Assembly (NCBI GenBank): GCA_031428675.1
Contig: JANOYC010000052.1
Coordinates: 7,690 to 71,689 of the forward strand
Length of the DNA stretch: 64,000 nucleotides
Direction of reading: 5' to 3'
Source of the DNA: Microbacteriaceae bacterium
GTDB taxonomy: Bacteria > Actinomycetota > Actinomycetes > Actinomycetales > Microbacteriaceae
Shown here: positions 60,874 to 64,000 of the stretch, one piece after another
How positions within the stretch are numbered: position 1 is the first letter of the stretch
Layout of the letters: the number at the start of each line of letters is the position of its first letter
The notes under the pieces: model-generated
What the model saw: only the letters and a program-made list of their open reading frames with translations
The model's database searches: none
Told to the model about the DNA's origin: nothing
Made by a program: the position numbers and the translations under genes

Positions 60874-62049
60874 ATGGCCGCGCAGAAACAGTCGCCCAAA
60901 CGACGGAAGGTGCGCGAATCCTTCGGCGCAGTCCGACAGCGTTCTTCGGGCAGGTTTCAAGCCTCATACGTAGCTCCGGACGGCAAGCGCTACAACGCAC
61001 CGCACACCTTCGACACCATGACGGACGCTCGAGGCTGGTTGTCGATTCAGCGCTCGAAGGTGCTCACGGATCAATGGAGTTCCATGGACGCCCAACGCGC
61101 TACCCGGGCGACTGCTGCGCGCACTGAAACCTTCGCGTCGTTCGCGGAGCACTGGTTAACCACGCGAACGAATCGTGACGGCGAACACCTGCGCCCTCGC
61201 ACTCGGGTCGAATATGAACGGCTGCTCGCTACCGCGCTGCAACCTCTCGCCGGCGAACGACTCAATGCGCTCACACCCCAGATGGTCCGTAGTTGGTATA
61301 ACGACCAGGTGCGCACGGGGAGGAAGACGCAATCTGCACGCGCGTACGGGTTTCTCAAGTCAGTACTAGCAACCGCAGTGACAGACGGAAAGATCACAAC
61401 TAATCCGTGCATGATCCGTGGGGCGCAGAATGCGAAGACCGGCAGAAAGGTCGAACCGCCAACACCGGACGAGTTGCAGACGATCCTCAACGCGATCACA
61501 CCGCGCTACAAGGCCGCTGTAATCATCGCGGCATGGGCCGGATGTCGGTATGGAGAACTCACAGAGCTACGCCGCAAGGACATCGTTATTGACGAGAAGA
61601 CGGACAGCATCATTGTGAATGTCTCTCGCGCTGTCACGAAGACAACCGGGGAGGGTTTCATCGTGGGAAAGACGAAGAGCGCCGCTGGTATGCGATCCAT
61701 CGTGCTTCCTCCGCACGTCAACGGGTATGTCATTGACCACCTCGCGGCATACGTGCCCCAGGGTCCAGATGCGCTTTTGTTTCCGGCTGCTGACGGACAA
61801 AGGCATCTAGCTGCTTCGACGTTCGACAAGCACTGGTACCCCGCTAGACACGAGGCTGGCCGCGATGACATGCCGTGGCATGCGCTGAGGCACTACGGGG
61901 CCACTAGAGCCGCCCTCGCAGGGGCAACGCTCAAGGAGTTGCAGGAGCGCTTAGGGCATTCAACTGTTTCCGCGGCAATGCGTTATCAACACAGTGCAGG
62001 CCGCGACGCTGAACTTGCGAGACGCATGAGCGAACTCGCTGAAACGTAG
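60874..62049 (+). CDS. int: tyrosine-type site-specific integrase
   Basis: 391 aa. ATG at 60874 preceded by GGGAGG. Actinobacterial phage-integrase N-terminus (GRFQASYVAPDGKRY) and catalytic C-terminus (HALRHYGAT...LGHSTVSAAMRYQH). Confidence 0.92.
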   Translation: MAAQKQSPKRRKVRESFGAVRQRSSGRFQASYVAPDGKRYNAPHTFDTMTDARGWLSIQRSKVLTDQWSSMDAQRATRATAARTETFASFAEHWLTTRTNRDGEHLRPRTRVEYERLLATALQPLAGERLNALTPQMVRSWYNDQVRTGRKTQSARAYGFLKSVLATAVTDGKITTNPCMIRGAQNAKTGRKVEPPTPDELQTILNAITPRYKAAVIIAAWAGCRYGELTELRRKDIVIDEKTDSIIVNVSRAVTKTTGEGFIVGKTKSAAGMRSIVLPPHVNGYVIDHLAAYVPQGPDALLFPAADGQRHLAASTFDKHWYPARHEAGRDDMPWHALRHYGATRAALAGATLKELQERLGHSTVSAAMRYQHSAGRDAELARRMSELAET

Positions 62050-62133
62050 CTGCCGACCGGTAGTTATGAAAGAAGCCCCCGGACTGCGCGAACAGTTCCG
62101 GAGGCAATGTCCAACCAGAAGAGAGGAAAGACA

Positions 62134-62445
62134 ATGAACAACGATACCCGAACGCGTGCGGAGGCGACTCCGTGCGTGTTCCCCGAGTGCAACGGTGACA
62201 CGCACGACGAGTTCGAAATGGAGTCGAGGTGGGACCACACGTTGACGCAGTCGGAGTTTGACAACGGTCTGATTGAGGCCCGTGCGACCGTGCGGGCCGG
62301 CGTGGTGACTGCGGACGTGACGTTGCAGGGGTTTTACTTCGACGCCCCGAGTTCTGAGCTGCGCGAGGTTGCTGACCGCTACGAGGCGTTCCCGGCGTGG
62401 TTGCGTTCGCTCGCTGACCGCATGGACTCGCACACAAACAAGTAA
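62134..62445 (+). CDS. hypothetical protein (island cargo)
   Basis: 103 aa. ATG preceded by GAGAGGAAAG. N-terminal CxxxC...H motif (TPCVFPECNGDTHDE). No function assigned. Confidence 0.55.
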   Translation: MNNDTRTRAEATPCVFPECNGDTHDEFEMESRWDHTLTQSEFDNGLIEARATVRAGVVTADVTLQGFYFDAPSSELREVADRYEAFPAWLRSLADRMDSHTNK

Positions 62446-62449
62446 TTTC

Positions 62450-62498
62450 ATCGCCATAGCTGCCCCAACTCGAGGTGAGTCGGGGCAGCCGTGGCGAT
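62450..62498 (+). other. strong hairpin between island ORFs
   Basis: atcgccatagctgcccc - 15-nt loop - ggggcagccgtggcgat: 15 Watson-Crick pairs, 1 G-U and 1 mismatch. Starts 5 nt after the stop at 62445. No U-tract. Confidence 0.6.
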
Positions 62499-62521
62499 CC
62501 AGAACAAAGGAGCAACAATCA

Positions 62522-62866
62522 GTGAACATCGAATTTCTCGACGACCCTGAATCCGCCGCGTTCCACAACGGCAAATACAGGGTCGCACTCTATCTGGACA
62601 TCTACTGCAGGGACGATCCCTCCCATCTCGTGGGAAAGGCGTTTAGAAGCTTGGTCGGATCGTCCCCTGTTTATGGCGACATCTTCGTCGGCAACGGAAT
62701 GCGCTGGGACGATAAGGATCGTGCGGTTGGAGATTGTGCCGCGTGTCGTCGCGAAAGCCCGCTGGTGCCGCGGGGAAGAGATCAGAGAGTCAGCAGGGAA
62801 AGGCTCGAGCGGGTCTTTGCTGAGATGCTCGAGAGTAAGCGACACGCCGGACGACTTCAAGTGTAA
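62522..62866 (+). CDS. hypothetical protein (island cargo)
   Basis: 114 aa. GTG at 62522 lies 9 nt after AAAGGAG. No recognisable motifs. Confidence 0.5.
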   Translation: MNIEFLDDPESAAFHNGKYRVALYLDIYCRDDPSHLVGKAFRSLVGSSPVYGDIFVGNGMRWDDKDRAVGDCAACRRESPLVPRGRDQRVSRERLERVFAEMLESKRHAGRLQV

Positions 62867-63000
62867 GAAGTCCTCAATTGTCGTAGTATGTATTCCAATA
62901 GGCCAGCACCAAGGGGCCGGGCGGGCTCTACCTCCAGAACTAGAGGGCAATCGCATCCTTTGTCGGGGCGCGGTAATCCTTCGTTCTGTGAGGTGCCATC

Positions 63001-63210
63001 GTGCCCAATATTCCCGATTCCAGCCCCGTCCAGTGGGGCACTATCAAAGACGCCGCGGCCCGGCGTCAGATCAGCACTAAAACTGTCCGACGCTATATCG
63101 CGCAAGGGCTGATCCAAGCCGAGCGATTCGGCCCCCGCCTCATTCGCGTCAATCTGACGAGTCTCGACACGCTCGGTAAGCCGCTGCAATACGGCGGTGA
63201 TTTCGAGTGA
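63001..63210 (+). CDS. helix-turn-helix DNA-binding protein, excisionase (Xis/AlpA)-like
   Basis: 69 aa with TIKDAAARRQISTKTVRRYIAQGLIQAERFG, typical of MerR-superfamily excisionase HTH. GTG preceded by GAGGTG. Confidence 0.65.
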   Translation: MPNIPDSSPVQWGTIKDAAARRQISTKTVRRYIAQGLIQAERFGPRLIRVNLTSLDTLGKPLQYGGDFE

Positions 63211-63599
63211 GCGCAAAAAACAACCGCCCCAGTTCGCACACTGGGGCGGTCAAAGATCCTGCTGGCGGGCTGATCGATTCCAATTCTACCGTCTATCCGG
63301 CGCGCATTCACCTGACGCCGTCTGCGACCGAGTACCTCGAGCAGCTCGCAAAAGACCTCATGCTCGGTCGCTGCGCACTCGATCAGCTGCCTTCGTGCCT
63401 GCTGCAATTCTGGTCGTTCGGATACTCGACCGGTCGGGCATCCCGCCAAGAAGCGATCGACAACCTGAGCGCCGAGAACGACCGCCTCTACCTGCGCGCA
63501 TACAACTCCCCCGAGAAGATTCGGGAGATCTACCAGCGCCGACTCGATGGACACTTCGAGCGTGAAGCCGCCCTGTACTACGGGGAGGTGTCCGCATGA
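63207..63599 (+). CDS. hypothetical protein (island)
   Basis: 130 aa. GTGA overlap with the HTH gene and ATGA overlap with the ATPase gene argue for translation in this frame. Confidence 0.55.
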   Translation: MSAKNNRPSSHTGAVKDPAGGLIDSNSTVYPARIHLTPSATEYLEQLAKDLMLGRCALDQLPSCLLQFWSFGYSTGRASRQEAIDNLSAENDRLYLRAYNSPEKIREIYQRRLDGHFEREAALYYGEVSA

Positions 63600-64000
63600 A
63601 TCAGCGACAACTGCTAGTGACCCCGCTGTCCACAGTGAAGACGCGCCGCCAACGATGGGCATACAACGACTTTGTGCCTATCGGAGTGCCGACGATCCTT
63701 GCCGGCACTGGTGGGATCGGTAAGTCCACCATTCTCGCGTGGGTCACCGCAGGACTCACTCGCGGAACACTGCCAGGAGACTTTGCCCGCGATCCGGTCA
63801 ACGTCGGGTTCATCTCCGGCGAAGACGACCCATCCACGACCCTCGTTCCCCGCCTGCTCGCAGCCGGGGCCGATCTCGACATGGTGCAGGACTTCTCCGG
63901 AGTTCGGACCGTGGACAAGAACGGCAACGAATGGCGTGGACTACCGACAATCGCTGACGACCTCGCCGCGCTAAAAGACGAACTGCGCGCATGGGGAACG
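63596..64000 (+). CDS. RepA-like P-loop (AAA_25-type) ATPase, 5' partial
   Basis: Not in the ORF track because it is open at the window edge. Own translation: MNQRQLLVTPLSTVKTRRQRWAYNDFVPIGVPTILAGTGGIGKSTILAWV...; Walker A is GTGGIGKS. Confidence 0.65.
   Translation, partial: MNQRQLLVTPLSTVKTRRQRWAYNDFVPIGVPTILAGTGGIGKSTILAWVTAGLTRGTLPGDFARDPVNVGFISGEDDPSTTLVPRLLAAGADLDMVQDFSGVRTVDKNGNEWRGLPTIADDLAALKDELRAWGT

Larger units (their letters stand above)
60712..64000 (+). mobile_element. integrative element (prophage-like / AICE-like / satellite-like), left end only; continues beyond the window
   Basis: Starts at the tRNA remnant. Carries a tyrosine integrase, an Xis-like HTH and a RepA-like P-loop ATPase, all co-oriented. 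Sampled GC is about 55-62% against about 70% in core genes. Confidence 0.75.

Noticed and set aside
62519-63662. Minus-strand ORFs 62519-62956 (145 aa) and 63093-63662 (189 aa) inside the island
   Set aside because: They are antisense to plus-strand ORFs that have good RBSs and GTGA/ATGA coupling with neighbours. They lack RBSs, and one spans two plus-strand genes.

Overview
High-GC (about 70% by hand-counted samples) actinobacterial chromosome segment, Micrococcales/Microbacteriaceae-like by gene content. About 85% is conserved housekeeping DNA, almost all on the minus strand, in the gene order known from other Actinobacteria. Order by rising coordinate (transcription runs the opposite way): lgt-trpABC-(two small membrane ORFs)-trpE-hisI-hisF-hisG-hisE, FKBP, rpe-rsmB-fmt-priA-metK-coaBC-rpoZ-gmk-pyrF-carBA-pyrC-pyrB-pyrR, nusB-efp-aroQ-aroB-aroK-aroC-aroE-mltG-ruvX-alaS, rpsD, rarA. 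A short plus-strand block follows (cyclophilin, DUF349, one hypothetical), then relA-secFD-yajC-ruvBAC-yebC-pdxTS-HIT-thrS. Many ORF-track ORFs are 5'-over-extended; I re-set starts where a stop/start overlap or an RBS supported it. Two accessory stretches follow thrS. (1) 55.6-60.7 kb holds two secreted proteins, a TreS-like GH13 enzyme coupled to an LLM oxidoreductase, a lipoprotein and a roughly 600-bp non-coding gap; part of it is clearly lower in GC. (2) From about 60.7 kb to the window edge there is an integrative element inserted at a tRNA 3' remnant, carrying a tyrosine integrase, small hypotheticals, an Xis-like HTH and a RepA-like P-loop ATPase; it is truncated by the window. I did not find a complete, clearly novel multi-gene system inside the window. 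The best leads are: an unrecognised 82-bp palindromic intergenic element present three times; an mIHF-guanylate kinase gene fusion; unusually repeat-rich spacers upstream of pyrR and yebC; a cluster of C-rich-loop hairpins in non-coding DNA; and the uncharacterised cargo of the integrative element. No rRNA, intact tRNA or CRISPR array was seen.
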